Source: Gemmatimonadales bacterium (GTDB taxonomy: Bacteria > Gemmatimonadota > Gemmatimonadetes > Gemmatimonadales > GWC2-71-9). Taken from it: a DNA stretch of 44,981 nt. Shown here piece after piece: positions 35,874-44,981 of the stretch (within the stretch, counting starts at the first letter, position 1; the number at the start of each line of letters is the position of its first letter). The DNA lies in assembly GCA_035573835.1 (NCBI GenBank), contig DATLZT010000185.1, positions 1-44,981 of the forward strand, in the 5' to 3' direction. The notes under the pieces are model-generated. The model had not been told where the DNA came from. It worked only from the letters and a program-made list of their open reading frames with translations, and did not search any database. The position numbers were made by a program, and so were the translations under genes.

Positions 35874-38335
35874 GCGGTGGTTCCGGTTAGGGCGCGGAAG
35901 GCGAGCTTGTCGCCCTCGGGCGCCACGTCCACCTCGATCTGATCGCCGCGGACGAACTCGCCCACGAGGATCTTCTCGCTCAGCGGGTCCTCGATGTACT
36001 TCTGGATCGACCGCTTGAGCGGGCGGGCACCGTAGTTCTGGTCGTAGCCCTTCTCGACCAGGAAGTCCACCGCGGCCGGCGTGAGCCGGATCTCGTCGCC
36101 CAGCCGCCGCTGGACCTCGCGGAGCAAGATGGTGACGATCTGCGCGATGTGGTCCTTGCCCAGCGGGTGGAAGACGATCACGTCGTCGAGCCGGTTCAGG
36201 AACTCGGGGTTGAAGACCTTGGTGATCTCCTCCTTCACCTTCTCCTGCATCCGCTCGAAGGTCGCCCGGGTGTCCCCGCCGTGGAAGCCGAGGCTCTTGC
36301 CCTGCATGATCTCCCGGGCCCCGACGTTGGAGGTCATGATCACCACGGTGTTCTTGAAGTCGATCACCCGGCCGTAATTGTCGGTCAAGTGGCCCTCGTC
36401 GAGCACCTGGAGCAGGATGTTGAAGACGTCGGGATGCGCCTTCTCGATCTCGTCCAGCAGCACCACCGAGTACGGCTTGCGCCGGATCGCCTTGGTCAGC
36501 GTACCCGAATCCTCGTAGCCGACGTAGCCCGGCGGCGCGCCGATCAGCCGGGACACGGAGAACTTCTCCATGTACTCGGACATGTCGACCCGCACCAGCG
36601 CGTTGGGGTCGGCGAAGAGGAACTTGGCCAGCGCCCGGGCCAGCTCGGTCTTGCCGACGCCCGTCGGGCCCGAGAAGATGAACGCCCCGATCGGCCGCTT
36701 CGGGTCCTTGAGCCCCGCCCGCGACCGCCGAATGGCCCGGGAGATCGCCTTGATCGCCTCGTCCTGGCCCACCACGGACTGGTGCAGCTCCTCCTCCATC
36801 CGGAGCAGCCGGGTGGCCTCCGCCTCCTGCAGCCGGGTGACCGGGATGCCGGTCCAGCGGGAGACGATGAAGGCAATGGCCTCCTCGTCGATCACCGGGC
36901 GGCGGGTCTGCCGCTCCCGCTCCCACTCCTCCTGCTTGAGGCGGATCTGGTTCTGGAGCTCCCGCTCCCGGTCCCGGAGCGCCGCGGCCCGCTCGAAGTT
37001 CTGGTCCCGGACGGCATCCTCCTTCTGGAGATTCACCTTCTCCAGCTCCGCCTTGAGCTCGGCCACCTCGGCCGGCGGCACCTGCGTCGCCAGCCGGGCC
37101 CGGGCCCCCGCCTCGTCGATCACGTCGATCGCCTTGTCGGGGAGGAACCGGTCGGTGATGTAGCGCTCCGACAGCTCGGCCGCGGCGCGCAGCGTCTCGT
37201 CCGGGATCACCACCCGGTGGTGCTCCTCGTACTTCTTGCGGAGCCCCTTGAGGATCTCCACGGTCTCCTCGACCGTGGGCGGCTCCACCACGACGGTCTG
37301 GAACCGCCGCTCCAGGGCGCCGTCCTTCTCGATGTACTTCCGGTACTCGTTCAGCGTCGAGGCGCCCACGCACTGCAACTCGCCCCGGGCCAGCGCCGGC
37401 TTCAGCATGTTGGAGGCGTCGATCGCCCCCTCCGCCGCGCCCGCACCCACCAGGGTGTGCAGCTCATCGATGAACAGGATGATGTTCTTGTTCTGGGCGA
37501 TCTCGTTCATGACCGCCTTGAGCCGCTCCTCGAACTGGCCCCGGTACTTGGTGCCGGCGATCACCGCCGCCATGTCGAGCGAGAGCACCCGGTGATCCCG
37601 CAGCACGTCGGGGCACTGGCCGTTGGCGATGAGCAGCGCCAGCCCCTCGACGATGGCCGTCTTCCCGACGCCCGGCTCGCCGATCAGGACCGGGTTGTTC
37701 TTCTTCCGGCGGGAGAGGATCTCCATCACCCGCTCGATCTCCTTGCCCCGCCCGATCGTCGGGTCGAGCTGGCCCTCGGCCGCGAGCTGCGTCAGGTCGC
37801 GGCAGAAATGGTCCAGCGCCGGGGTCTTGGACTTCTTCTCGGCCTTCGGGGTCGAGCTGGGCTGGGCGCTGGCCGTGGTCGGCTGGGGCATGTCGCTCCC
37901 CAGGAGCCGAAGCGTCTCCGCCCGGGACTGCTCCAGGCTCACCCCGGCGTCGGTCAGGACCTGGGCCGCGATCCCCTTCTCCTCCCGCAGGAGGCCGAGC
38001 AGCAGGTGCTCCGTCCCCACGTAGGAGTGGTTGAGCTCCCGGGCCTCGGTCATCGCCAGCTCGAGCACCTTCTTGGCCCGGGAGGTGTACGGCAGGTCGG
38101 GCCCGGCCGCAGCGGTCGCCTTGCCCTTCTTGACCGTCTCTTCGATCTTCTGCTGGATCTCCTCGAGATCGACGTTGAGGTTGGTGAGAACGGCCGCGGC
38201 GACCCCCTCCCCCTCCCGGATGAGCCCGAGGAGGATGTGCTCGGTGCCGACGTATTCGTGATGCAGACGGGCCGCCTCTTCCCGGGCCATCTGCAACACC
38301 TTGCGAACGCGATCAGTGAAGTTGTAGCCGTTCAT
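35870..38335 (-). CDS. clpC: ATP-dependent Clp protease ATP-binding subunit ClpC
   Basis: The ATG at 38335 is preceded by GGAAGGAA. It has a duplicated Clp N-domain (two VGTEH[IL]LLGL repeats), two AAA+ modules (GEPGVGKT and GPTGVGKT) and a UVR-like middle motif ([15 protein letters not shown]). Confidence 0.93.
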   Translation of the reverse strand: MNGYNFTDRVRKVLQMAREEAARLHHEYVGTEHILLGLIREGEGVAAAVLTNLNVDLEEIQQKIEETVKKGKATAAAGPDLPYTSRAKKVLELAMTEARELNHSYVGTEHLLLGLLREEKGIAAQVLTDAGVSLEQSRAETLRLLGSDMPQPTTASAQPSSTPKAEKKSKTPALDHFCRDLTQLAAEGQLDPTIGRGKEIERVMEILSRRKKNNPVLIGEPGVGKTAIVEGLALLIANGQCPDVLRDHRVLSLDMAAVIAGTKYRGQFEERLKAVMNEIAQNKNIILFIDELHTLVGAGAAEGAIDASNMLKPALARGELQCVGASTLNEYRKYIEKDGALERRFQTVVVEPPTVEETVEILKGLRKKYEEHHRVVIPDETLRAAAELSERYITDRFLPDKAIDVIDEAGARARLATQVPPAEVAELKAELEKVNLQKEDAVRDQNFERAAALRDRERELQNQIRLKQEEWERERQTRRPVIDEEAIAFIVSRWTGIPVTRLQEAEATRLLRMEEELHQSVVGQDEAIKAISRAIRRSRAGLKDPKRPIGAFIFSGPTGVGKTELARALAKFLFADPNALVRVDMSEYMEKFSVSRLIGAPPGYVGYEDSGTLTKAIRRKPYSVVLLDEIEKAHPDVFNILLQVLDEGHLTDNYGRVIDFKNTVVIMTSNVGAREIMQGKSLGFHGGDTRATFERMQEKVKEEITKVFNPEFLNRLDDVIVFHPLGKDHIAQIVTILLREVQRRLGDEIRLTPAAVDFLVEKGYDQNYGARPLKRSIQKYIEDPLSEKILVGEFVRGDQIEVDVAPEGDKLAFRALTGTTA

Positions 38336-38386
38336 TTCCTTCCCCTGCCAAGCCACGACCAGCGGTCGAATGCCACGTCCCGGGCT

Positions 38387-39469
38387 TCAGTGCCGGCGAC
38401 TGGCTTCATCCTCCAGCAGCTTTCGGACCAGATCGGCCCGCCGAACCGGCAGGTCGGGGTCTTCCAGCCCGCTCCCACCCGCCGCCGCCAGATGCGCCGG
38501 CTGGGTGTGGATCAGGAGCTTGTTTAATGTATACATCCCGACGCTCGGGATCAGACCCAGCGCCACGCCCAGCCGAACCCCGCTGAGCAGGTTCATCGCC
38601 TCGTCGAAGGAGAGCGTCCGGGCGTACCGCAAGAGCCCGTAGGCCCGCCAGACCTTGTCCTGGATGATCGTCGGGGCGTCGCGCATCAGCACCTGGCGGG
38701 CCTGCTCCTCGTATTCGATCACCTGGCGTACCATCTTGTTCAGGTGGTCGAGGAGGTCGCGCTCCGACTTGCCCAGCGTGGTCTGGTTCGACAACTGGAA
38801 GAAGTTGCCGACCACCTCGCTGCCTTCGCCGTACAACCCCCGGAACGTAAGGCCGACCTGGGTGAGGCCCTGCAGGACCTTCGAGATCTCCTTGGTCAGG
38901 ACGAGCCCCGGCAGATGGATCAGCACCGACGCCCGGAGGCCGGTCCCGACGTTCGTGGGACAGGATGTAAGGTAACCAAACTCGGGGTGAAATGCGAACG
39001 CAAGTCGTTGTCCTAATTCGGTGTCCAACCTGTCCACCTCGCCGTACGCCGCCTCCAGCGCGAACCCCGAATAAAGCCCCTGCAGCCGGAGGTGGTCCTC
39101 CTCGTTCAGCATTACCCCCACCCGGTCCTGCACCAGCAGCCCCGACGCCGCCCGCACCCGCCCATCGCCGTCCAGCCCTGCCAACTCGCGAGACACCAGG
39201 TGCCGTTCGTGCAGGAGTTGGCGGTCGGCCGGGTCCAGACGGTCGAGCCGGAAGCTGACCGCCCGCCGGAGCAGGACGGTTTCCCGGGCCGCCTGGCTCA
39301 CTTCCGCCAGGATCTCTTCCCGCTCCACGTCGCTGTTCCGGGTCCCGAAGGTCCGCCCCTCCAGGTTCCGCGCCAGCCGGATCCGGGTCGAGAGCACCAG
39401 GTGGCTGTACGGCCCGCTGGCGTCGAGCCAGGGCATGCCGCCGTCGGGGAGCAGGCTCAGGTCGATCAT
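38387..39469 (-). CDS. mcsB: Protein arginine kinase McsB (ATP:guanido phosphotransferase family)
   Basis: 360 aa. The phosphagen-kinase signatures NEEDHLRLQ and CPTNVGTGLRAS are present. The ATG overlaps the mcsA stop (ATGA). Confidence 0.9.
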   Translation of the reverse strand: MIDLSLLPDGGMPWLDASGPYSHLVLSTRIRLARNLEGRTFGTRNSDVEREEILAEVSQAARETVLLRRAVSFRLDRLDPADRQLLHERHLVSRELAGLDGDGRVRAASGLLVQDRVGVMLNEEDHLRLQGLYSGFALEAAYGEVDRLDTELGQRLAFAFHPEFGYLTSCPTNVGTGLRASVLIHLPGLVLTKEISKVLQGLTQVGLTFRGLYGEGSEVVGNFFQLSNQTTLGKSERDLLDHLNKMVRQVIEYEEQARQVLMRDAPTIIQDKVWRAYGLLRYARTLSFDEAMNLLSGVRLGVALGLIPSVGMYTLNKLLIHTQPAHLAAAGGSGLEDPDLPVRRADLVRKLLEDEASRRH

Positions 39470-39957
39470 TCGTAGACCTTCAGGCGGTCGCGGAGCTCGG
39501 CGGCCAGCTCGAAGTTCTGGGTCTCGATGGCCAGACGGAGCTGTTCCCGGAGCTCGGCCTGGAGCCGCCGCGTCTCGCTGGCCGAGGCCCCCGTGGCGAC
39601 GTACTGCTCACCCAGGTGGCGGCTCGAGCCGTGGAGCCGCCGGAGCAGCTCCCGCAGCGGGGCCTCGAAGGTCCGGTAGCAGGCCGGGCATCCCAGGCGC
39701 CCGACCTCGCGGAAGTCCCGCAGGCTGGCGCCGCACTGCGGACAGCCCCCCGGCTCCGTGGTCGGCAGCCCCGCCGCAAGCCCCTTTCCCATGCTGGCCA
39801 GGAATCCGCCCAGCGGGGTACTGGTCACCTGGGCCACGCTCTCGACCCCCCGCTCCGCCGCGCAGCGGGCGCAGAGGTGGAGCGTCCTGACCTGGTCGTC
39901 CACGATCTGGGTCAGGTGGATCTCGGCCGGCCGCTCCCGACACTGATCGCAGTCCAT
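39466..39957 (-). CDS. mcsA: McsA-like activator of protein arginine kinase (zinc-finger plus UVR motif protein)
   Basis: 163 aa. It has four CxxC pairs (CDQC, CARC, CPQC, CPAC) and a C-terminal UVR motif (FELAAELRDRL). The ATG shares one nt with the lolD stop (TGATG). Confidence 0.85.
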   Translation of the reverse strand: MDCDQCRERPAEIHLTQIVDDQVRTLHLCARCAAERGVESVAQVTSTPLGGFLASMGKGLAAGLPTTEPGGCPQCGASLRDFREVGRLGCPACYRTFEAPLRELLRRLHGSSRHLGEQYVATGASASETRRLQAELREQLRLAIETQNFELAAELRDRLKVYE

Positions 39958-40658
39958 CAGGGCAACGCCTCCGCGCCGGCCAGCGGTGTCAGGCGCCCCC
40001 CCTCGAGCGAGAGGATCCGATCCGCCTTGGCCGCCAGCCGGCGATTGTGGGTGACCACCACCACCGCCGTCTCGAACTCCCGGGCCAGGCCGGCGAACAG
40101 CTGGTGCAGGTGCTCGCTGTTGGAGTAGTCCAGGTTGCCCGACGGCTCGTCGGCCAACACCACCAGGGGGTCGGTCGCGAGCGCCCGGGCGACCGCTACC
40201 CGTTGCTGCTCGCCGCCGGAGAGCTGGGCCGGCCGGTGCGACATCCGGCCCGCCAGGCCGACGCTCGCCAGGAGGACCTCGGCTCGCGAGCGCGCCTCGG
40301 CATCCCCCACCCCGGCGATCAGCATCGGCATCATGACGTTCTCCAGGGCGCTGAATTCCCGGAGGAGATGATGAAACTGAAACACGAATCCCAGCTTGCG
40401 GTTCCTGACCCGGGCCAGCTCGACCGGCGAGAGCTCGTCATAGGAGACGCCGTCGAGCATCACCCTGCCACCGCTCGGCGCGTCGAGGGCGCCGAGCAGG
40501 TGCAGCAGCGTGCTCTTCCCCGAGCCGCTCGCCCCCACGATCGCGACGAATTCCCCCCGGTCGAGGGCGAGGTCCACCCCCGCCAGCACCTCGATCGGGT
40601 TGCCGTCCCCGCCCCGATAGACCTTCCGGAGCCCCCGGGCCTCCAGGACCGCGCTCAT
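39957..40658 (-). CDS. lolD: Lipoprotein-releasing ABC transporter ATP-binding protein LolD-like
   Basis: 233 aa with Walker [10 protein letters not shown], signature LSGGEQQR and Walker B LVVLADEP. The ATG at 40658 overlaps the permease stop. Confidence 0.85.
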   Translation of the reverse strand: MSAVLEARGLRKVYRGGDGNPIEVLAGVDLALDRGEFVAIVGASGSGKSTLLHLLGALDAPSGGRVMLDGVSYDELSPVELARVRNRKLGFVFQFHHLLREFSALENVMMPMLIAGVGDAEARSRAEVLLASVGLAGRMSHRPAQLSGGEQQRVAVARALATDPLVVLADEPSGNLDYSNSEHLHQLFAGLAREFETAVVVVTHNRRLAAKADRILSLEGGRLTPLAGAEALP

Positions 40659-41923
40659 TCGTGTCGGATGGCTTCCACCGGAGTGAGCCGCGCGGCCGAG
40701 TGGGAGGGATGCAGCGTCGCCACGATGGCGAGAGCGAGGCTGGCGAGTACGACCACCACGACGTCGAGCGGCTCGATGTGGATGGGGAGGTGGTCGATGA
40801 AGTATACCGCCGGATCGATCCGGATCCAACGCCACCGGTCGACCACCAGGGCCACCGCGAAGCCCCCCGCGAGCCCCAGCGCCACCCCGACGACCCCGAT
40901 GATCGCCCCCTGCACCAGGAAGATCCGCCGGATGGCGGGGGCCGGCAGCCCCATCGCCTGGAGGATGCCGATCTCCTTGGTCTTGTCGGTGACCACCATC
41001 GTGAGCGTGCTCACGATGTTGAAGGCGGCCACGATCATGATGAAGAAGATAATCAGCCCCATGGCGAGCTTCTCGAGTTGCAGGGCGCTGAAGAGCGAGG
41101 CGTTCTGCGTCTGCCAATCGAGGGCCCGATAGGGATACCCCAATCGCCGTTCCAGGCGCTCGCCGACGGCCGGGGCCTGGTCCGGGTCCCGGACCCGCAC
41201 CTGGAGTCCCGATACCGCCTCGCCCAGCCCGGTGAACCGCTGCGCCACCGGCAGGGGGAGCACCACGAAGCTGTTGTCGTATTGGAACATCCCGGTGTCG
41301 AAGAGGCCGGTCACCTCGAACCGCCAGTAGCGGGGGATCGCCACTCCCAGCGCCGGGTTCACCTGCGCCCCCGAGAACGAGAGCAAGGTGACGAAGTCGC
41401 CCGGCACCACCGAGAGCCGGTTGGCCAGCCGGTGGCCGAGGATGATCCCGCCGTCCACGTTCGGCCGCTTGGTGGCGAAGGAGAGATCGCCCCGGGTGAG
41501 CGAGCGGGGGAGCGAGGTCACGGCGACGGCGCCGGTGTCGCTCGGCACGCCCAGGACCTGCACCCCCTCCGCGTAGTCGTGGCCCGTCGTCACCAAGGCC
41601 TGGCTGATCACCTCGGGGGCCACCGCCACCACGCCGGGGTCCCGCTTCACCTCCGCCATCGCCCGGCGCCAGTCGTCCATCCGGAGCCCGGGCCCGAAGG
41701 TGAGGATCCGGAGGTGGGGATTCGCGACCAGGATCCGCTCCTGCAGGTCGTTGCGGAGCCCGTTCATCACGCCGAGCACCACGACCAGGGCCATCACCCC
41801 CACCGCCACGCCCCCCACGGAGATCACGGTGTTGAGCGACAGCGAGCGGGTCGACTTGCGGCTCCGCATGTACCGGGAGGCGATCCGCAGCTCCAGGCGG
41901 CTCGGGAGGCCGAACCGGGCCAT
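40655..41923 (-). CDS. lolE: Lipoprotein-releasing system permease, LolC/LolE family (single copy)
   Basis: 422 aa. The N-terminus is IASRYMRSRKS..SLNTVISVGGVAVGV, followed by a large periplasmic loop and a C-terminal FtsX-type 3-TM bundle. Confidence 0.85.
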   Translation of the reverse strand: MARFGLPSRLELRIASRYMRSRKSTRSLSLNTVISVGGVAVGVMALVVVLGVMNGLRNDLQERILVANPHLRILTFGPGLRMDDWRRAMAEVKRDPGVVAVAPEVISQALVTTGHDYAEGVQVLGVPSDTGAVAVTSLPRSLTRGDLSFATKRPNVDGGIILGHRLANRLSVVPGDFVTLLSFSGAQVNPALGVAIPRYWRFEVTGLFDTGMFQYDNSFVVLPLPVAQRFTGLGEAVSGLQVRVRDPDQAPAVGERLERRLGYPYRALDWQTQNASLFSALQLEKLAMGLIIFFIMIVAAFNIVSTLTMVVTDKTKEIGILQAMGLPAPAIRRIFLVQGAIIGVVGVALGLAGGFAVALVVDRWRWIRIDPAVYFIDHLPIHIEPLDVVVVVLASLALAIVATLHPSHSAARLTPVEAIRHE

Positions 41924-41924
41924 G

Positions 41925-43445
41925 CTACGCCTCCGGCCGCATCGCCGGGAAGAGGATCACATCCCGGATCGAGGGTTGATCCGCCAGCAACATCACCAGC
42001 CGGTCGATCCCGATCCCGATCCCCCCGGCGGGGGGCATGCCGTACTCCAGCGCCCGGATGTAGTCGGCGTCGTACTGCTGGGCCTCCTCGTCCCCCGCCG
42101 CCCGCTGGCGCACCTGCTCCTCGAAGCGGGCCCGCTGGTCGTCCGGGTCGTTGAGCTCGCTGAAGGCGTTGGCGATCTCCCGCCCCTGCACGAAGAGCTC
42201 GAACCGCTCGGTGAGCCGGGGATCGTCCCGGTGCACCTTGGCCAGGGGCGAGAGCGCCTTGGGGTAATCGAACACGAACGTCGGCTGCACCAGCTGCGGC
42301 TCCAGGTAGGCCTTGAAGACCTCGTCCAGCAGCTTCCCGCCGGCGTATCGCGCCGCCTCGTCGGCCGGCACCCCGCGGCGCCGGAGCGTGGCCCGGAGCT
42401 CGTCCTCGCTCGCCTCCAGCACGTCGACTCCCGCCTGCCGCCGGATGCCCTCCACGAACCCAATCCGCGCGAATGGCCGGGAGAAGTCGAGCGTCACCCC
42501 GTCCCGGACGAGGGTGGTCGACCCACCGGTGACCTCCCGCACCAGCTCGTGCAGCAGCTCCTCGGCCATGTCCGCGACGACCTGGTAGTCGGCGTAGGCC
42601 ATGTACCACTCGAGCATGGTGAACTCGGGGTTGTGGGTGCGGTCCATCCCCTCGTTCCGGAAGTCGTGGCCGATCTCGTACACCCGCTCGAAGCCCCCCA
42701 CGAGCAGCCGCTTGAGGTACAGCTCGTCCGCGATCCGGAGGTAGAGCGGCATGTCGAGGGCGTTGTGGTGGGTGACGAACGGCCGGGCGGAGGCGCCGCC
42801 GTAGAGCGGCTGGAGGATCGGCGTCTCCACCTCGAGGAAGCCGCGGGCGTCGAGGAAACGCCGGATGAAGGCGATCACCCGGGCCCGGAGCCGGAAGACC
42901 TCCCTGACCTCGGGGTGGACCGCCAGGTCGGCGTACCGCTGGCGGTAGCGCACCTCGGGGTCGGTGAGCCCGCCGTAGTGGCGGGTGGTCCCGTCGGGGA
43001 GCACCTGCACCTTCCCCCGGGGAAGCGGCCGCAGCGACTTGGCGAGGAGGGTCACCGCGGTCGCCCGTACGGTGATCTCGCCGGCGCGGGTCCGCATGAG
43101 CCGGCCGGTGATGCCGAGGTGGTCGTCGAGGTCGAGGTGCTCGACGAGGGCCCAGCCCGCCTCGCCCAGGTCGTCCCGGCGGAGGTACACCTGAATCCGC
43201 CCGCTCGCGTCCTCCAGGTGCCCGAAGACGACCTTCCCCTTGGGCCGCCAGGCCACCAGACGGCCCGCGATCGCCACCTCGGGCCCCTGCTCGCCCATGG
43301 CGTCGTCGTAGAGGGCGAGCGCCTCGGCCGCGGTGTGGGTGCGGTCGAACCGGTAGGCGAAGGGGCGCACGCCGAGCGCCTCGAGCGCCGCCCGCTTCTC
43401 CCGCCGGGCCTCCTCGACGTAGTTCCGCTCCTCGAGGATCGTCAC
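41925..43445 (-). CDS. lysS: Lysine--tRNA ligase (class II)
   Basis: 506 aa. The GTG at 43445 overlaps the prfB stop (GTGA). It has an OB-fold N-domain and class II motifs (FRNEG; GGIGIGIDRLVM). The conserved prfB-lysS pairing is present. Confidence 0.93.
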   Translation of the reverse strand: MTILEERNYVEEARREKRAALEALGVRPFAYRFDRTHTAAEALALYDDAMGEQGPEVAIAGRLVAWRPKGKVVFGHLEDASGRIQVYLRRDDLGEAGWALVEHLDLDDHLGITGRLMRTRAGEITVRATAVTLLAKSLRPLPRGKVQVLPDGTTRHYGGLTDPEVRYRQRYADLAVHPEVREVFRLRARVIAFIRRFLDARGFLEVETPILQPLYGGASARPFVTHHNALDMPLYLRIADELYLKRLLVGGFERVYEIGHDFRNEGMDRTHNPEFTMLEWYMAYADYQVVADMAEELLHELVREVTGGSTTLVRDGVTLDFSRPFARIGFVEGIRRQAGVDVLEASEDELRATLRRRGVPADEAARYAGGKLLDEVFKAYLEPQLVQPTFVFDYPKALSPLAKVHRDDPRLTERFELFVQGREIANAFSELNDPDDQRARFEEQVRQRAAGDEEAQQYDADYIRALEYGMPPAGGIGIGIDRLVMLLADQPSIRDVILFPAMRPEA

Positions 43446-44546
43446 GCCGCCTTCCCCCCGAAGCGCTTCAGGTAGGCCTGGATGAAATCGTCGAGGTCGC
43501 CGTCCATCACCCGCTGGACGTCCCCGACCTTGAGCTCGGTCCGGTGGTCGTTGACCATCGTGTACGGCTGGAAGACGTAGGACCGGATCTGGTTCCCCCA
43601 CGAGATGTCCGTCTTGGTGGCCTCGAGCTTGGCCCGCTCCGCCTCCTGCTCCTCCAGCTTCTTCTGGTACAGCGCGGCGCGGAGCATCTTCATGGCCACC
43701 TCGCGATTCTTGTGCTGGCTCCGCTCCTGCTGGCAGGACACCACGATCCCGGTCGGGATGTGGGTGAGGCGGACCGCCGAGGAGGTCTTGTTCACGTGCT
43801 GGCCGCCGGCCCCGGAGGCCCGGAAGACGTCCATCTTGATGTCCTCCTCCCGGAGGTCGATCTCGATCGTGTCCTCCACGTCCGGGTAGACGAAGACCGA
43901 CGCGAAGGAGGTGTGGCGACGAGCCTGGGCATCGTAGGGCGAGATCCGGACCAGGCGGTGGACCCCCTTCTCCGCCTTGAGGAAGCCGTAGGCGTACTCG
44001 CCCTGGATCTCCAGCGTGGCGGACTTGATCCCGGCCTCCTCGCCGGGCAGCAGGTCGAGCACCGTCACCTCGTAGCCCCGCCGCTCGGCCCAGCGGCGGT
44101 ACATCCGCATGAGCATCTCGGCCCAGTCCTGCGACTCCGTGCCCCCGGCGCCGGGGTGGATGGTGAGGATGGCGTCGCGATGGTCGTCGGGGCCCTGGAG
44201 CATGGTCTTGAGCTCCAACGCCTCGGTGTCGCGGGCGAGCTCCTGCGCCTCCCGCTCGAGCTCCGCCGTCATCCCCTCGTCCGGCTCGGCCTCGACCAGC
44301 TCGACCAAGTCCCGCGCCGCGTCGAGGCGCTGCCGCAATGCGTCGTACGGGGCGATCACGCCCTTGAGCGCCTTGATCTCCTGCACCACCGCGCGCGCCC
44401 GCTCCTGGTTGGTCCAGAAGCCGGGGTCGGCTTGCTGCACCTCGAGCTGGCGGAGGCGGTCGGAGCGCCCGGGGATGTCAAAGGAAACCTCGGAGCTCGG
44501 TGACGCGGCGGTCGAGATCGTCAAGCAATTCGCGCAGGCTCGGCAT
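43442..44546 (-). CDS. prfB: Peptide chain release factor 2, requiring programmed +1 ribosomal frameshift
   Basis: ORF0 runs from the ATG at 44546 through MPSLRELLDDLDRRVTELRGFL to an in-frame TGA at 44480-44478. A +1 shift at CTT TGA C continues as DIPGRSDRL... to the stop at 43442. The SPF and GGQ (SGAGGQHVN) motifs are present. The track ORF start (TTG at 44524) is an artefact. Confidence 0.93.
44477..44492 (-). promoter_or_regulatory. RF2 autoregulatory recoding signal (SD-like element plus CTT TGA C slippery/stop site)
   Basis: The minus strand reads CGAGGT TTC CTT TGA C. E. coli has AGGGGG TAT CTT TGA C. The spacing of the SD-like element to the CTT codon is identical (3 nt). Confidence 0.85.
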
Positions 44547-44645
44547 CGGATGTCCTCGGTCGGTGTAACGAGCGAGCCGCTCGTCCGCCGAAGCGGATGA
44601 ACGGCTCTGTGAAGGATAATGGGATCGGGCCCGCTCCACGAAGCG

Positions 44646-44981
44646 CTAGAAGACCTTCTGCCCCCCGGCGAGGATCTCGTTCAGCGCGTCGGTGAAGTGG
44701 GTCGTCGACTCGGCCAGCTCCTTGCCCACCTGCTCGCGGTACTCCTCCCAGCTCTTCTGGATCTCGTCCCGGAACAGCTCCTTGAGGGTGCCGTTCTGGA
44801 GCCCCTCGCGGCGCTTCTCGGGGTGGTAGACCGCCAGGTCCGAGACCAGCGCCCGGGCCAGCCGGCGCGCCTTCTGGTCCGGATCCTGGGAGAGGAACGG
44901 GTTCACCAGCCGGCCCGCCATGACCGGACGTCCCGGTGCGGGGGGCGGTGCGGGAGCCGGCGCCGGGGGCGGCGCCGGGGG
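44646..44981 (-). CDS. Hypothetical protein, probably 5'-truncated by the window edge (Pro/Ala-rich linker plus about 90-aa helical C-terminal domain)
   Basis: The frame is open from the window edge (PPAPPPAPAPAPPPAPGRPV) through the ATG at 44921 to TAG at 44646. The C-terminal part is ARRLARALVSDLAVYHPEKRREGLQNGTLKELFRDEI.... No family name can be assigned from memory. Confidence 0.55.
   Translation of the reverse strand, partial: PPAPPPAPAPAPPPAPGRPVMAGRLVNPFLSQDPDQKARRLARALVSDLAVYHPEKRREGLQNGTLKELFRDEIQKSWEEYREQVGKELAESTTHFTDALNEILAGGQKVF

Noticed and set aside
38336-38386. Search for a CtsR operator (GGTCAAA heptad direct repeat) upstream of clpC and around the mcsA start.
   Set aside because: No such repeat is visible. 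Only a short GACC-GCT-GGTC inverted repeat is present, which is too small to interpret. mcsA has no upstream intergenic region at all.

Overview
High-GC window (about 70% GC by eye, not computed) that looks like densely packed core chromosome. I found no transposase, integrase, CRISPR array, rRNA or prophage signal. Bases 1-5006 carry five plus-strand genes. They form an envelope-glycosylation module (CDS tail, UPF0104 flippase-like protein, YfhO-like GT-C membrane protein, GT2 polyprenol-phosphate sugar synthase) followed by dapF. A 353-nt convergent intergenic region (5007-5359) holds an AT-rich island with a 28-bp dif-like Xer site and a minus-strand terminator. Everything from 5360 to the right edge (38 protein genes and 2 tRNAs) is on the minus strand. 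At least 18 gene junctions there overlap (ATGA, GTGA, TTGA or TGATG). Recognisable minus-strand genes, read from high to low coordinates: prfB (classical +1 frameshift site visible), lysS, lolC/E-lolD, mcsA-mcsB-clpC, bamA-skp-lpxD-lpxC/fabZ-lpxA-(Gfo/Idh/MocA)-lpxB-(DUF374)-lpxK, gdh, rlmH, a SAM methyltransferase, bshC, a small membrane protein, murJ, uvrC, a thrC-like gene, larC, a secreted TPR protein, tRNA-Gly(CCC), a radical-SAM/DUF512 gene, der, plsY, gpsA, a MerR regulator, surE, pcm, dedA, acyP, apt, tRNA-Arg(CCT) and a YfgM-like TPR protein. The LpxC-FabZ fusion, bshC and the high GC suggest a Gemmatimonadota-like (FCB-group) diderm; this is inference only. The observations most worth following up are: (a) a Firmicute-type arginine-kinase/ClpC module (mcsA-mcsB-clpC, no ctsR) fused into a Lol-BAM-lipid A supercluster; (b) the dif-like site at what looks like the replication terminus; (c) two unassigned genes embedded in a lipid A operon that lacks lpxH/I/G, waaA and late acyltransferases; (d) a methyltransferase coupled to bshC; (e) a radical-SAM DUF512 gene coupled to der. 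Most long ORFs in the supplied track are antisense or out-of-frame artefacts of the high GC, and I rejected them.
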